A stretch of 52,796 bases of DNA, the filler included, from Stramenopiles sp. TOSAG23-3 (Eukaryota), in assembly GCA_900128585.1 (NCBI GenBank). It is 4 parts of 4 records of this genome, joined end to end, with 100 filler letters (N's around TTAATTAATTAA, not from the genome) between each part and the next. Parts side by side here need not be neighbours in the genome. Positions count along the whole stretch, not along the records: positions 24,370 to 48,551 come from LT642309.1; 3 more parts are not named here. One strand, 5' to 3'. Shown here piece by piece: positions 30,538 to 42,363 of this stretch. Position numbers and translations under genes: made by a program. Under the pieces are notes generated by a model. That model was not told the origin of the DNA, made no database searches, and saw only the letters and a list, made by a program, of their open reading frames with translations. How positions within the stretch are numbered: the first letter of the stretch is position 1; each line of letters starts with the position of its first letter.

Positions 30538-31202
30538 TGCTAAGTTTAATCTTCAACAATGTTTTTGTGTGTATTCACTTAATCTACGCCCCATTTTAAA
30601 ATAGAAAATCTTGGGTCTCTATACTGTTTTACAATTCTAATTGTGTTGAACTAAAAAAACTCGTTTCCTTTTTCCTCTTAGTAGTCATCTATCGATCTCC
30701 TCTGTGTTTTAAACAACACAACAACAACAAAACAGCAACAACAACAACAACAAAAACAAAAACAAAAAATCACACCACCAGAAAAAATATATAATAAATA
30801 TTTATTATTGGGCGTGTGCGGAGTTAAATTTACATACTGCTGTGTAGTATATATTAAAAGAAGATAGGACTAGGGTTGGAACTGAAATCGTAATAATTGT
30901 TGATATAATATATAGTCTAAAAATGAGAGTCTTTTAAAGCGCATATCCCATCCTCTCTCTATAATAATCATACTTTATTACAGTATATATGGCTGTTTTT
31001 TTTTTTAAAAGAAGAATTGTGGAAAACAAAGCATCGATAAGGATGAAAAGGAACAAGGCAGAGCGAAAATTGATTTTTTTATGACCGTAAGAACTTCTTT
31101 TACAAGTAACTGTCTTGGTTGTTTCGTTTTCACAACAACGGTCGAAAAGAGTCTAGGTACGAAATAAAATTCTTACTTTTTTAATGGGCCCTTGAATATT
31201 TC

Positions 31203-32609
31203 TCATTTTTTTGCAAAACGCTTCTTAAATCTGACCCACAAATTTCCCCTTGCCTTTCGCTCTTCAATGAGCTTCAACTGTTTCTCATACGCTTCCGTAT
31301 CTGCTTGGATTTGCTTCTGTAGAAGACCTGCACACTTCTTGCAGTCATGGCCAGTACAATCTCTGCATCGAGGCTCTGCTTGTCGCCCTTTCTTATCGAT
31401 CCTACCACCAAAGCACTTGTCTGCGTACGGGCCGTTCGGGTAATGGGAGTAATGCATATTTTCAGCGAGTTCTCGACCGCACAAGTAGCAGTAGTTGGCT
31501 TTGCATGGACAATAGATAAACTTGCACCCCGATTTTAACTCCCCGACTCTCCTGCACTTGGGGCACTGCATAAGCCCTTCCTTCTCGATAAATTCATGGA
31601 ATTTTTTTAGACCCTCATCGTTTTCCTTCAAAAATTTTGCGTATTGCTCGCATGACAGGTCTAAGTCTTTCTGCTTCACATGGGGCTGTTGCCCACATCG
31701 ACCACAAAACTTATGCCCACAACTTTCATTCGGGCAAACAGTGCAGTCCAACATCTCGTCGTCGTGCTCTTCAATAAGCATAATATACGAACATTTCGGG
31801 CACTCGCGTGCCTCTCTTGTCTCGTTGGCATATATTTTCCTGAGCTTTAAATCTAAAAATTCCTGATATTGTTCGCTGGAAAGCAAACTTTCAATAATAT
31901 GGACGTCGATGGAAACATTGCAGCCTCGTTCCGGGCAGCACAAATCTTCCTCTGAGACGTTTTTCTCCTTCAGTTTTAACTTAACATAAAATTTCAAACA
32001 ATCTCTACAAAATCGATGGTTGCATCCTAACGTTAGGATATCCTCCCTGCACACATCATCGTCCATGCACATGGAACACTCAAATCGCCGATTATCCGCT
32101 TTACTGCTCAAACTTTCCCCATCGAAAATATAATTTATTGCACTTTCCACAGTGTTGCACCGCCTGGCAGCCTTCTCTGCGTCATCTTTTTGAAATCCCT
32201 GGGCCATTAAATGCTTTAGCAATTGTTTGTTAGATATGGGGGCCAAATCGTCGTCCGATAGTTTCGATGATGGCCTGTGACAACACGAGGGGCTGCCCCA
32301 CCCCGCTGTACAACTGTCTTCCTCCGAGTCGTACAGAGCTGGGGCCTGCTCTTGATAATCAAGCGCATATTGAACCGCTTGGCCTACTTCTGTCTTGCAG
32401 TTCACCGCGGCGTGGCGCGCAGTGTCTTTTGAAAACCCTTGGTCTTCTAAGACATGCCTCATCTTCATTACTGAACGTGTTTGACTGGGGCAAGCAGCAT
32501 TTTTTTTGCCGCTCCGGGACGAGACTGTTTTGTAAGGCGTTACGTCCCAAGCCCCAGCTCCTCCCCATTCTAGGTTGGTGGTATCCGCAAGAACCGACGA
32601 GGCCTTCAT
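31203..32609 (-). CDS. RBR (RING-IBR-RING) E3 ubiquitin ligase with two UBA-like domains
   Basis: UBA-like LEDQGFS..AVQY and LMAQGF..AINYI; RING1 CSMC..CNHRFCRDC..CPERGC; IBR CPKC..CPNESCGHKFCGRC; RING2 CPKC..GCKFIYCPC..CYLC. Confidence 0.92.
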   Translation of the reverse strand: MKASSVLADTTNLEWGGAGAWDVTPYKTVSSRSGKKNAACPSQTRSVMKMRHVLEDQGFSKDTARHAAVNCKTEVGQAVQYALDYQEQAPALYDSEEDSCTAGWGSPSCCHRPSSKLSDDDLAPISNKQLLKHLMAQGFQKDDAEKAARRCNTVESAINYIFDGESLSSKADNRRFECSMCMDDDVCREDILTLGCNHRFCRDCLKFYVKLKLKEKNVSEEDLCCPERGCNVSIDVHIIESLLSSEQYQEFLDLKLRKIYANETREARECPKCSYIMLIEEHDDEMLDCTVCPNESCGHKFCGRCGQQPHVKQKDLDLSCEQYAKFLKENDEGLKKFHEFIEKEGLMQCPKCRRVGELKSGCKFIYCPCKANYCYLCGRELAENMHYSHYPNGPYADKCFGGRIDKKGRQAEPRCRDCTGHDCKKCAGLLQKQIQADTEAYEKQLKLIEERKARGNLWVRFKKRFAKK

Positions 32610-33621
32610 TCCGGTTCTTTGAATTGTTTGGTACCTATGCTACTGAACAAATTAAAATAACGAGTTATTTCGTGGTGAATGTCTTCAACGGGCATTAGTT
32701 TCCTACGCGGTAGCTCCACATAAAAATATCTCGATTGAAATTAAACAGTTTGTTATATAAATTACAAAGACAGCAGTGTTAGGAAAGACCGAATGATGAG
32801 GAGAAGATAGAAGAAGAGGAGGAGGAGGAGGAGGAGGAGGAACCTTGGTAGTATAATAATATGTGATCATAATATATGATGATGATGATGGATGGGGCGA
32901 ACGGATGATGATGAAAGAAGAAGAATGAACTGATCACCACACAACATAGGAATGAGTCTAATTTGAAGAAGAGGTATAAACAAAAAATATATTTATTACA
33001 TCATGATAGCAATGACTACGTCAACGTTCAGCTAGCAGATATTTAAAAAAATAAAAAAATCATACTACTTCTGTATAATATATAGCTCTATCTATTATTT
33101 CAGTATTTATAGTCTAAGAAACATAAAAAATAATGTACATCATCATAGGTAATAAAATAGATAAATGTACAAAATAATTATATACTCCTATTATTACTAT
33201 TTTATCTCTCTCTATATATATTATTATAAAATGTATTATTATTATTAGTCGTCTCTCTATCTCTCCTTATACTAACAACGTGGTTTAAATTAATATAGTA
33301 GTAAATAACCCAGAAGAAAACTTAATTTATTTTTATTTCTAAGAAACATCATACACCCAAGAAGGGGGAGGAGATTTGATTTCTTGCATGCGGTTATTTG
33401 TTGAGAGAGAAGAAGAAGAAAGAAGAAGAAGAAGAAAATGCGAGAGGAGAGAAGAAGCAAGAAGAAGAAGAAAAAAATAATAGTAATTGGTAAGTCTGTA
33501 TACAGTCGCCTGAACAAAAAGCAATATCAAATGCATGCCAAACAGTTGTTGTGGTGTGGTCGCCGAATAAGCATGCTGCAGTAACTATAACTTAGATCTG
33601 CAACTTGCGCCCGTCGAGAAC

Positions 33622-35250
33622 ATGGAAAGTAAAAAAGTGGAGAGTAACGCATATGCGGAGGCCGTGTACAAGCGTATGCAGGAAGAAGCCAAACAAAAGG
33701 TCGACGGGGAATTGGAACGACGCAGAGTCCGAGAACTAAACCAGCGATTTCTTCACGAGGTGTATTCAGGAAACGTGGAAGAAGTGACAAATTTACTGGC
33801 GTCGGGAAATGGTGTAGATCCATCTTTCACTACGGGGGATGGTGAAACAGCCCTCCATCTAGCCTGCAAAAACAACAATATTCTGCTCGTGGGGATGCTT
33901 ATCAACCATGGTTGGGATTATGGGAAGCGTTGTGCATGGTTGGACACGGTACCATATAAAATGTTGTCTGCGTACACGCAAGAGGAGGCGATAGAGGTGA
34001 CTGAGGAGTTGAAAACACAGAATCGAACATGTGCACGTTCAGCAGACGATTTCGAGAACAACTTGTTACACTTTTCTTGTGAAGACGGCGATATGGATGG
34101 AGTAATAGAAAAACTAAGTGACAAGTCCGATGTTTGGTACGACCGTGCGTTTGTGCACGATGAGGAGCTGGGTGAAACCGCTATCCATGGCGCCGCAAAG
34201 AACGGCCACGGTCGCATATGTACATACTTAATAAAAAAAGGCTGGAAACTTCAACGCTTCCCCGTCAAAGGATTCACCGTTTCGGAAGTAAGAGAACGAC
34301 TGCCCGGTGCCGCCGATGAAAACCGAATGGCGTTGAAGGGGGAAGCAGAACGGTACCTGAAGGGGAGCAAAAGTAGTCCTTTGCGGCCCCGGCATGCCGG
34401 TTACGCTGAAAATGCTGAGCTTTGGTTCCTTGCTCAGGCAGGGCTTCTAGATGATGTAATGCGCGTTCTGACCGACAAAAGAACGCTATATGATCGGGAA
34501 TTTTGCTATGAAATCGACAAGCAAGAGACTGCACTGCATATTGCAGCTCTTCACGGCCATAAAGAGTTGACAGAGTATTTAATCAAGCAGAAATGGGACC
34601 CAGAAAAGAAAAATAGAGAGGGGTTATCCCCAGCGGGGCTGGCTGTCAAATTTTTGGACAACGTAAGGAACGGGGTAAAGCGGAAAAAGCAGGAAGAAGA
34701 ATGGGCACTGTTGCACAAATTGTCTGCACGAGCTGATAGGCTGGCTGCCAAGGCCGATGCTGGTTGGGATTGGATAAAAAAACATGGAGATGGGGAATTG
34801 TCAGGTAGCCTTGTGTTATATAAAATGATCAAGCCAAAAATGAGTGCGAACCCCACGTGGACCCTAAAAGAGAAGAAGGAGGATTTAGAACGCAAAACGT
34901 TGGAGGCAAGGAACAAGGTGTCAATTGGCCGACAGCTCCATGAACACATCTTAAACATTTCCCGTTACCCGGTCTATACATTGAAGGAATATAAGCTGAT
35001 GATCGACCGGGTCCAAGATCAGGGTGATGGGAGCTTTTACCCATGGCCAGAAGAAATAGAAGGGGAGAATTTCAGAACAGTTGATGCCTACGAAACGAAA
35101 ATGAAATTTGGTAAGTGTTGGCGATGCCAATCTACTGTGTACCCTGTGGCGGAACAGGGGCATAAGCTGCCTAATGAAGCCAGGTGTTCTTTTTGCTGGA
35201 GTCAAGAAGGCGGCCTGTTCGACTCTTACCTGAAGGCATCCCGGATTTAA
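33622..35250 (+). CDS. Ankyrin-repeat protein with a C-terminal CxxC...CxxC zinc ribbon
   Basis: Three spaced ankyrin modules (GETALHLAC, GETAIHGAAKNGH, QETALHIAALHGH) and a terminal CWRC...CSFC. Confidence 0.85.
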   Translation: MESKKVESNAYAEAVYKRMQEEAKQKVDGELERRRVRELNQRFLHEVYSGNVEEVTNLLASGNGVDPSFTTGDGETALHLACKNNNILLVGMLINHGWDYGKRCAWLDTVPYKMLSAYTQEEAIEVTEELKTQNRTCARSADDFENNLLHFSCEDGDMDGVIEKLSDKSDVWYDRAFVHDEELGETAIHGAAKNGHGRICTYLIKKGWKLQRFPVKGFTVSEVRERLPGAADENRMALKGEAERYLKGSKSSPLRPRHAGYAENAELWFLAQAGLLDDVMRVLTDKRTLYDREFCYEIDKQETALHIAALHGHKELTEYLIKQKWDPEKKNREGLSPAGLAVKFLDNVRNGVKRKKQEEEWALLHKLSARADRLAAKADAGWDWIKKHGDGELSGSLVLYKMIKPKMSANPTWTLKEKKEDLERKTLEARNKVSIGRQLHEHILNISRYPVYTLKEYKLMIDRVQDQGDGSFYPWPEEIEGENFRTVDAYETKMKFGKCWRCQSTVYPVAEQGHKLPNEARCSFCWSQEGGLFDSYLKASRI

Positions 35251-35337
35251 ACGGGCAACCGAGAGAAGATGTGTCAAGCCGAGAGAGCGAAAAACTGCAT
35301 GTTCAATTAAACTTTTTTTTTAAATTAATATAGTAGT

Positions 35338-35460
35338 ATAACAGCCAAATTTTTCTTGTAAATATAGTAGTCTTGTTTTAATTAATATCATATAGTATGC
35401 TTTAAGACTCTCATTTTATATATCAATTATGATTTCAATAATCAATTATGATTTCAATAA
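35338..35460. repeat. Motif A (-), motif B (+) and a 19-bp tandem duplication
   Basis: ATAACAGCCAAATTTTTCTTGT at 35338; ATATAGTATGCTTTAAGACTCTCA at 35390; TCAATTATGATTTCAATAA twice at 35423-35460. Confidence 0.85.
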
Positions 35461-35516
35461 TGTTGTTTGGTGCAATTCGCATTTATATTAACAATTTCAA
35501 ATTATAAGCATCCCTT

Positions 35517-37904
35517 CTAAGATTTGTTAAGACCGTATTGATTTCTAATCCCGAAATTATTCCCCCAGCGGGGTTTGTCTGACTCGGCGCTTTGCTTAGC
35601 AACCATCTTTTTTGAATGCCGCGTAATGATCTTTCCCGACCGCCCAATTCGATTTTTTCTGCCCCACTGGGGATTCGCCAGGTTGTTTTTTGCAAGCGAT
35701 GGTAAGGAGGGATTGTTTTGAACGGGGTTGTTCATAGAACTTACCATTCGTTCTCTTGAGAGGAGTTGCGGTTGCTGCACTTTGGGGAACTTTTCGGCTT
35801 CCCGGAACCGCTTCACATGATCAAAACCCGCTGTTCTTACTTTGGGGGGAAGATCGTAGCCCACTGCTTTAATTATCTTCTTGGCACCCCCGTCCTGCTT
35901 GACAACAGGGACCCGTTGCCTGATAGAGACTTTTCTCTTTGCTTTTTCCCTTATGTATTCTTTCCGAGACGAATATCCACGGTAAAGGCGCTGCATGTTT
36001 GTTGCGGCCCGGTTTTCTTCTGCTCGCTGCCTCACAAGTCGTGTTTTGTTTTGCCGGGTTTGAAAGCCCCGAACGTGCCTCTGTACAATGGTAACACTAT
36101 GTTTAATCAATTCTTCCTGTGCCACTTTGGCCCTTGAATCTGACAGCCCAGCGGCGAACTTCCGTGCCTTGTGGCCCCTTAAGACTCTCTGGATAGACAA
36201 CGCTGCTGATTTTTCTCGCGCGAGTTGTATTCTAGCCCTGTATCCGCGGATTGAGCCTTGGATTTTTACAGCCTGTTTTTTACTTTCAGCAAAACGACGC
36301 CTTTCTCTGTGCTTCCTTGCTAGAGCTTGAATTTTTTGAGCGGAGGTGTGCTTCTGTTGCAGTTGCTTTTGTACTTGAAAGCTTCTAAATTGGCATTGAA
36401 GACGCGTCGCCGAACGGTGATATTGTCGGATCCGTTTTCTATCTTGGCGACCTCGCACAAGTTTTTGGATCTTAGCAGCCCCATCCCTTTGCTGCTCGAT
36501 CGCTTTGGTCATTTTCCTAGAAAGCAAGCCCCGCGCAATGCGCTGAATCGTTACAGCCGCACTTGCCTTCATTGTTTGGTTTTCTTGAAGTCGTCTTCGG
36601 CACGACCAACCGCGGTACAGACGCTGTATTGTCGCGGAGCTACGGTTTGCTCTTCGCACTTTTTTTAAATACTTTTTCCGCTCTCTAGAGCTCCTAAATT
36701 GGCTCTGTATGCTAGTGGCGGAGTTTCCTCTGCGAATCTCGTTTGCTCTCTTGTGCAGAGCTACAAGTTCTCGCTGTCTTTTCATTTCAAGCTTCGCTAG
36801 CATTCTTCGAACCTGGCATTGAATGCGAACTGCAGCACTCTCTTGCATTTGCTGCTTTTCCGAATGCGTCAGCAATCCCAGGGCCAACCTCATTTGGAAG
36901 TCGGGCAACGCATTTGCACCAATGTTCGATTTTTTCCGAAGAGTGGCACTCACGCTAGATCGCGTGGTGCTCTCCATGGTGGTAGGCGCACTTCGCTGGG
37001 CAGTCGTACTATTGCTGCTACCCGCCTGACGTGCTGCCTCCTTTACTGGTTTTGGACGGTCGGCTTTCTCTCTGGCTGGTGCAGGGCTAGCTTCCACTGG
37101 CTGGTTATTTTTCTTCTCTGGCTGGTTGCTTTTCTTCTCAACCACAGCTTCTGCTTGCTGCTTCTCCCGCGCCTTCTTTAAAGCCAATAGTTCTTTCAAA
37201 AATGCGTCCTCTTTGGCACTTCCCACCCCATTTATTTCGTCCACAATTTTCGAAATCCTATCACTACATTTGGAAAAATCAGCACCCAAAGCCATCTGAA
37301 GTTGAAGCCGCAGGCTGCGGATGGTCACATCCCTTGAATTCCGGTGCAAAATCTCCTTAATAGCCTTCTTAATTACTCCGTGTGGAACATCCTTTCCATT
37401 TCTGGAAATCCCTAACGATCTATTGCTATTGTTTGTTTTCTTCCCCGGGCGTGAGCGGGACGACTGTTCTGCGGGGGGCAACACTGGTAAGCCCCGATTT
37501 TGTCGAGGTCGACTAACCGCGGGCGGTGACAATTTCCCCTTGCTTTTAGCTTCGAAAGAAGGGATTGGGGACGGCTCAAACTTCTTAAATGGACTTTGTA
37601 CAAAACGCTGGGGCTGTTCCTTCTTCTGGGTTTCACCGTCAGAAAAAATGCTAGCTGCGCTCCAGTCGGAGAACTCCTTTCTATTGCCACGCAAAGTGGA
37701 ACTTTGCCTTTTATCTACCCTATTAAAACGACTTTTGTCCGGCGATACCTCTGGAGACGAAACGTCGGCATCACTCTCTTCGTATGTATGCAAAAGCTTG
37801 TTGACTTTCTCCAAGGCCGCGTTAACGCCTGAAGTGTTTCTTGAACCCCAGGCCTTTTGAAGTTCGTTTGCCGTAGGCTCGCGGAAGCCCGGCCGCAACG
37901 CCAT
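35517..37904 (-). CDS. Multi-IQ-motif (calmodulin-binding) protein with a DEK-C-like domain
   Basis: About 12 IQxxxRGxxxR-type motifs (IQRLYRGWSCR, IQRIARGLLSR, IQKLVRGRQDR, IQGSIRGYRAR, IQRVLRGHKAR and others). IKKAIKEIL...VTIRSLRLQLQMALGADFS resembles DEK-C. Confidence 0.85.
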   Translation of the reverse strand: MALRPGFREPTANELQKAWGSRNTSGVNAALEKVNKLLHTYEESDADVSSPEVSPDKSRFNRVDKRQSSTLRGNRKEFSDWSAASIFSDGETQKKEQPQRFVQSPFKKFEPSPIPSFEAKSKGKLSPPAVSRPRQNRGLPVLPPAEQSSRSRPGKKTNNSNRSLGISRNGKDVPHGVIKKAIKEILHRNSRDVTIRSLRLQLQMALGADFSKCSDRISKIVDEINGVGSAKEDAFLKELLALKKAREKQQAEAVVEKKSNQPEKKNNQPVEASPAPAREKADRPKPVKEAARQAGSSNSTTAQRSAPTTMESTTRSSVSATLRKKSNIGANALPDFQMRLALGLLTHSEKQQMQESAAVRIQCQVRRMLAKLEMKRQRELVALHKRANEIRRGNSATSIQSQFRSSRERKKYLKKVRRANRSSATIQRLYRGWSCRRRLQENQTMKASAAVTIQRIARGLLSRKMTKAIEQQRDGAAKIQKLVRGRQDRKRIRQYHRSATRLQCQFRSFQVQKQLQQKHTSAQKIQALARKHRERRRFAESKKQAVKIQGSIRGYRARIQLAREKSAALSIQRVLRGHKARKFAAGLSDSRAKVAQEELIKHSVTIVQRHVRGFQTRQNKTRLVRQRAEENRAATNMQRLYRGYSSRKEYIREKAKRKVSIRQRVPVVKQDGGAKKIIKAVGYDLPPKVRTAGFDHVKRFREAEKFPKVQQPQLLSRERMVSSMNNPVQNNPSLPSLAKNNLANPQWGRKNRIGRSGKIITRHSKKMVAKQSAESDKPRWGNNFGIRNQYGLNKS

Positions 37905-39528
37905 CTATCTCCAAACGAAAGGCGGCACGGCACGTCTTCAAAAAAGAGTACAAACAACCAGATGCAAAAATAAAAATAACCTGTTCCGTTTCTTCTCTCG
38001 ATTTTCTGTTTATTAATGCAATACACTTTTCAAATAGTTGGTTTGCATCTTTGTATTTCTGTTAAAATGCTTCGCGATCGATTCATTTGATGAAACGTTA
38101 ATAATATAAAGAAAAAAAGAAACGCCGCGTAGTAGTTGTTGAGTTTTATAAATAATAGATGGTGTCGTCTCCTCTTCATTATTTTATCATAATAAATCCA
38201 AGAATACCGTACAGGTAGTGCTGTGTTCATAGTAGTTCCATATTTATATTCCACTGTACCCTATTTTGTTCTCTTCCTCTATATTGTGTGGTGTTATATA
38301 ATATTTACTAATTAAAGTTGGATTAGGATGAGGATATAATATTATAGTTAAAAAAATAGTATTAATAATAATTCCAATAAAATTGGAAGAAGAATGAATG
38401 AAATAAATAAATAAATAGCCTTATTATCGTCAGTTACGAAAAATAGGCCATTTCCCCTATCACACTAATACTCAATTAATCAACCAATCCACAACAACTG
38501 ATAAAACAAAAACAAAAAAATTCCTTCGTTTGTGTTCATTACTGTACTGTAGGTAGGTATTAATACCTCTACCGATAATACGAATAAAAAAATACAAAAC
38601 TGAATGACTGAATAATAACGACAAATGGATTGGTTCTATTTAAGTATACATTTAAAATTATACTTATATAAATTAATAAATAGGGAATATATGGGATGGG
38701 ATAGGATCAGAAATTTACAGGATGGATTTATTTTTAGGAAATGAAAATATGATTCTTCCTTCCTTCTACTCTCTGCTGCTGTGTTCTCTACTCTGTCACA
38801 TTCCTGAACATTCAACATGATTTGCTAAATGATACTGGTCTCTTCTTTCTTCTCTCCTTTGTTGGTGTCCTCGTACGGTACTCTTTCTTCTGTTCTTCTT
38901 CTTCTTCACAAATATTAATATATAATTTATTATTCAATTTTTGTTTTATTCCCCATTATTACTATATTATATACTATTATATTTGTTTTATATAATAGAA
39001 TAGACGACTAGTTGTTGTTGTACCAAAAAATATAAAAGAAGTTGTAGTAATTAAAAATAATAGTAACGGCGGCAACCAGGATGCAGCAGGGAGGAAGGAG
39101 GAGGACGACGACTGGGGGATGATAGGAGAGAGAGGATGATAGGAGAGAGAGGAGAGGAGGAGGAAGGAGTTTTTTTTTATTTGGTTTGATTGGTTTGGTG
39201 TTTGTATACTTCACATTTACATTTTATATATATGATGATGTTGATGCTTAGTTTTATTCATTACAGCAACAAAATAACAAACTAGGTACGCTCCATGCGA
39301 AGTTTAGAATTGTTATATTTATATTCGATCTATTTGGTATCCAATCCATCACTTCACGTGTTGGTCAACCGACGTTCCCGTTGCCAACTAGCTAACTGCA
39401 GAAACTCGCAGTTTTGAAAGCCTCAATCGGAGGCAACGACTATAAGAGGGGAAGGGGAAATCCTTGTATCGTGCGTGTAGTAGTAGTTGTTCTTAGCATA
39501 GACCTCGTGTAAAGCCTTCTCAAATATC

Positions 39529-42087
39529 ATGGCTACAAATGCTATGGGGGCTCCTTCGCCACAGCCACCTCCTTTTGATATCAATGCTACGTTACAGGCA
39601 ATTGCCGTGAAGGACCCTCGACAACGCACGCCGTTGGATATGGCGTTTTTAAGATGGGTACAGAGTGGGGGGAAAGGACCACCGCCCGGCGTAGCTATGG
39701 CTCAACAAGTGCGCAGTCAACAGCAGCCTAGAGGCCTGCGTGTAGCCCCAAAGAAAAAAATGAACAAGCATGAAGAATTTTTGAAAACCCGGAGAAAATA
39801 TACGGGTGTGATCGATGCGAAGGGGAACCCGACGGCGCTCCGGGAAGTTACAAATCCCGCGCACGGCCCAGAGGAGCAAGCTATCGTTCCTTGCCGTAAT
39901 GAAAAAACAATTGGGAGCAAAAAGTCAGACGTCGATGAGGAAACAGTTTCGAAGACGTCTCAACAAGTCGGTGAAAAAGTGAAGGAAACAGCTAAGAAGG
40001 AATTGGTTGATGCGATGAACCGGCGTCTGGGTATGAATATGAGTGCACTTGCTTTGAAACGACTTCGAAAGTGTATCGTGAATGCCCAGAAAAGTCACGT
40101 GGAGGTAGAGCTTCTGAACGAAGCAAAAAAATTGATTGCTTTAGTCACCGGAAACAAGAACGGGAGCAAAGGCACAAACAGCCTGGTCAAAAGTGCAGCA
40201 AAAACGGCAGACCGTGCAAAATATGTAGCCAAGGAAACAGAAATTTGGGAATCCAAAAATGAGCACCTGGTAAAAAAAGCAAATAAGCGCCGCAAGGAGA
40301 TGGATGAATTGATGAAAGAAAGACGGGATCCAAAAGTCAAAGAGTTTTACAAAGACTTCCAAGGAACGGCTGGGGATCCAGAAAATATTCTTCCCAATAA
40401 CTCCCAGCGTGTGCCCCAAGGGACAGCGTCGGCAGGCCCTGGTACAAACTTAGATAACCTTTTCCAACGTCTTGGAAACCTGTATAGTCAAACACAACAG
40501 CAGCAAGAGAAACAGCAACCCAGCGTGCAGTGTACGACAGCACAAGCGCAATCGTTGAAATCTGTCAATTTACCGAGGGTGGAAAAACCGAAATCCGCCC
40601 ACAGCTCCCCCACTAACATACCATTACGAGCTGGGGGCGAGACTGGCGAATACCATCACGAAAGCCAAGGCCATGCAGGTAAAGCCGAAGGCACCGATGA
40701 ATCATTGCAATTACTTGACGCGAAGGTAAAGTCAAGGATATCTCCTCTCAAGTCTCCCGAGAAAAAGCAGAGGAAACGCAGGCTGGTGCCAAAAACTAAT
40801 TACTCTTCGCTTTTAGACGACTTACTAGCCATTAGTGATGAAGGCCAAGATGTGGGAAGCCCCTTTCCAATGTCTCCTCTCAGCCCTTGTGGGACCTCAC
40901 CCATGCCACTGGTTGTAGAAGCAGAGCCTTCCTCGGCAAAACGTTACTCGCCCGTTACTTACGAGCACAAATATGATTCCCCGGTGTCTTCGCCTTCGCC
41001 AAAAAAGCCATCTCCAAAACTGCGCTTGCACTCCGCCTTGGCCCTTGCCGCAAGTGATAGGTACAAAAATGGAAGCGATTTGGGATTAGGCGATAGCGAG
41101 CCGGAGGAAGACGAGTCTCAAAATGACAGTGAAGATCCCCCAGCCTTTATGTTGCTCGAGTCGTGTTTCAGGCAAGTGAACAAAGCGCGAACCCAATCCC
41201 AAAAATTGAGGTACACAAAAACGAAAGCTTCCAAAAGCGTGTCAGAGGAAGAAAGGTTTGTTGTGAAAAAGCAAGAACAATATTCTTCGACCAGCTACGA
41301 AACCCACTCCAAAGACTTTTATGAGCATAGTTCTTACTTTTCCGATGTTAGCGAATCCAGCAACATGAAAGATGAGGCGCTGGCTACCGCAATTGCAGAC
41401 GATTTTTCAAGGCAAGTTGATAAATGGCTGATAAACTACCCTAACTGTTCCAGTACAGAAGACGAACGATCTCGCTTTGCATCATTTCTTGATCAAACGT
41501 ACTTGTCATCTCGCCTGGACCCATTGGCCGGAACTAACCACGTCCGGCGAATTCGCAGAAAAATTGCAAGGAGGATAGAACTTATTGAGAGGCATGGAAC
41601 GGACGAAGAAACCAAAAGACAGAAGAACAAAGGTTCCCCGTTGCCGGGTGTCATTGCGGGTGCAGTTGCCGAAGAAGAGGGCGCTGCGGAGAAGGAGGTA
41701 GAGAAAGAGTGGCGATGCAAAATATGTACAAAAGTTAATGTTGGAGATGGAAAATGCGTCGTTTGTGGGCGAGAAAGGACTGCCGAGGCTATTAAGACCA
41801 GAGCATTTATCAAAGCGGTCCCAAAACATTCTGTGGCTGATCGAAAAGGTATGGCTGCATCTAGTGCAATGTTTGTCTCTAAAGATACTGGGGCATTTTA
41901 CGCTGAACGCCTTCGTGTAAAGGCTGATTTTAAGAGTGTGACCGGGAAGAAAGACTCCAGCGGTAGGGCTCAAGGTGGTAAAAAGCCCCCTTCTACTTGG
42001 GGTGGTCGCCACTCTGAGAGTTTGCGGTCGTTACCCACGCATGGGAAGTTAAAGGTTGGTTCTGCTAAACCAATTGGGTATTTTTAA
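39529..42087 (+). CDS. Largely disordered protein with a RanBP2-type zinc finger; function unknown
   Basis: 852-aa ORF, S/P/K-rich, with WRCKICTKVNVGDGKCVVCG near the C-terminus. Confidence 0.8.
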   Translation: MATNAMGAPSPQPPPFDINATLQAIAVKDPRQRTPLDMAFLRWVQSGGKGPPPGVAMAQQVRSQQQPRGLRVAPKKKMNKHEEFLKTRRKYTGVIDAKGNPTALREVTNPAHGPEEQAIVPCRNEKTIGSKKSDVDEETVSKTSQQVGEKVKETAKKELVDAMNRRLGMNMSALALKRLRKCIVNAQKSHVEVELLNEAKKLIALVTGNKNGSKGTNSLVKSAAKTADRAKYVAKETEIWESKNEHLVKKANKRRKEMDELMKERRDPKVKEFYKDFQGTAGDPENILPNNSQRVPQGTASAGPGTNLDNLFQRLGNLYSQTQQQQEKQQPSVQCTTAQAQSLKSVNLPRVEKPKSAHSSPTNIPLRAGGETGEYHHESQGHAGKAEGTDESLQLLDAKVKSRISPLKSPEKKQRKRRLVPKTNYSSLLDDLLAISDEGQDVGSPFPMSPLSPCGTSPMPLVVEAEPSSAKRYSPVTYEHKYDSPVSSPSPKKPSPKLRLHSALALAASDRYKNGSDLGLGDSEPEEDESQNDSEDPPAFMLLESCFRQVNKARTQSQKLRYTKTKASKSVSEEERFVVKKQEQYSSTSYETHSKDFYEHSSYFSDVSESSNMKDEALATAIADDFSRQVDKWLINYPNCSSTEDERSRFASFLDQTYLSSRLDPLAGTNHVRRIRRKIARRIELIERHGTDEETKRQKNKGSPLPGVIAGAVAEEEGAAEKEVEKEWRCKICTKVNVGDGKCVVCGRERTAEAIKTRAFIKAVPKHSVADRKGMAASSAMFVSKDTGAFYAERLRVKADFKSVTGKKDSSGRAQGGKKPPSTWGGRHSESLRSLPTHGKLKVGSAKPIGYF

Positions 42088-42363
42088 TAAGCTATCTTGG
42101 TACACAAAATTACTAAATTGTCGTCTGTTTGTGATGGTCCGACAGGGTCCAAGGCCGCCGGGAAAGGGTGCGAATTTTAGAATCTGAGTCTTCTTATTCT
42201 TCTTCCAATAATACCACCAAGTAATATTTAGAAAAAAACAAATTAGTATATAATAATATCTATCTAGACGACTAATAATAATACCAATGAAGGAATGTCT
42301 AAATCTAGATTTCAGTTCGCAGTACATTATTTTTAATTTACTATACATAATTTGTTTTTTAAT

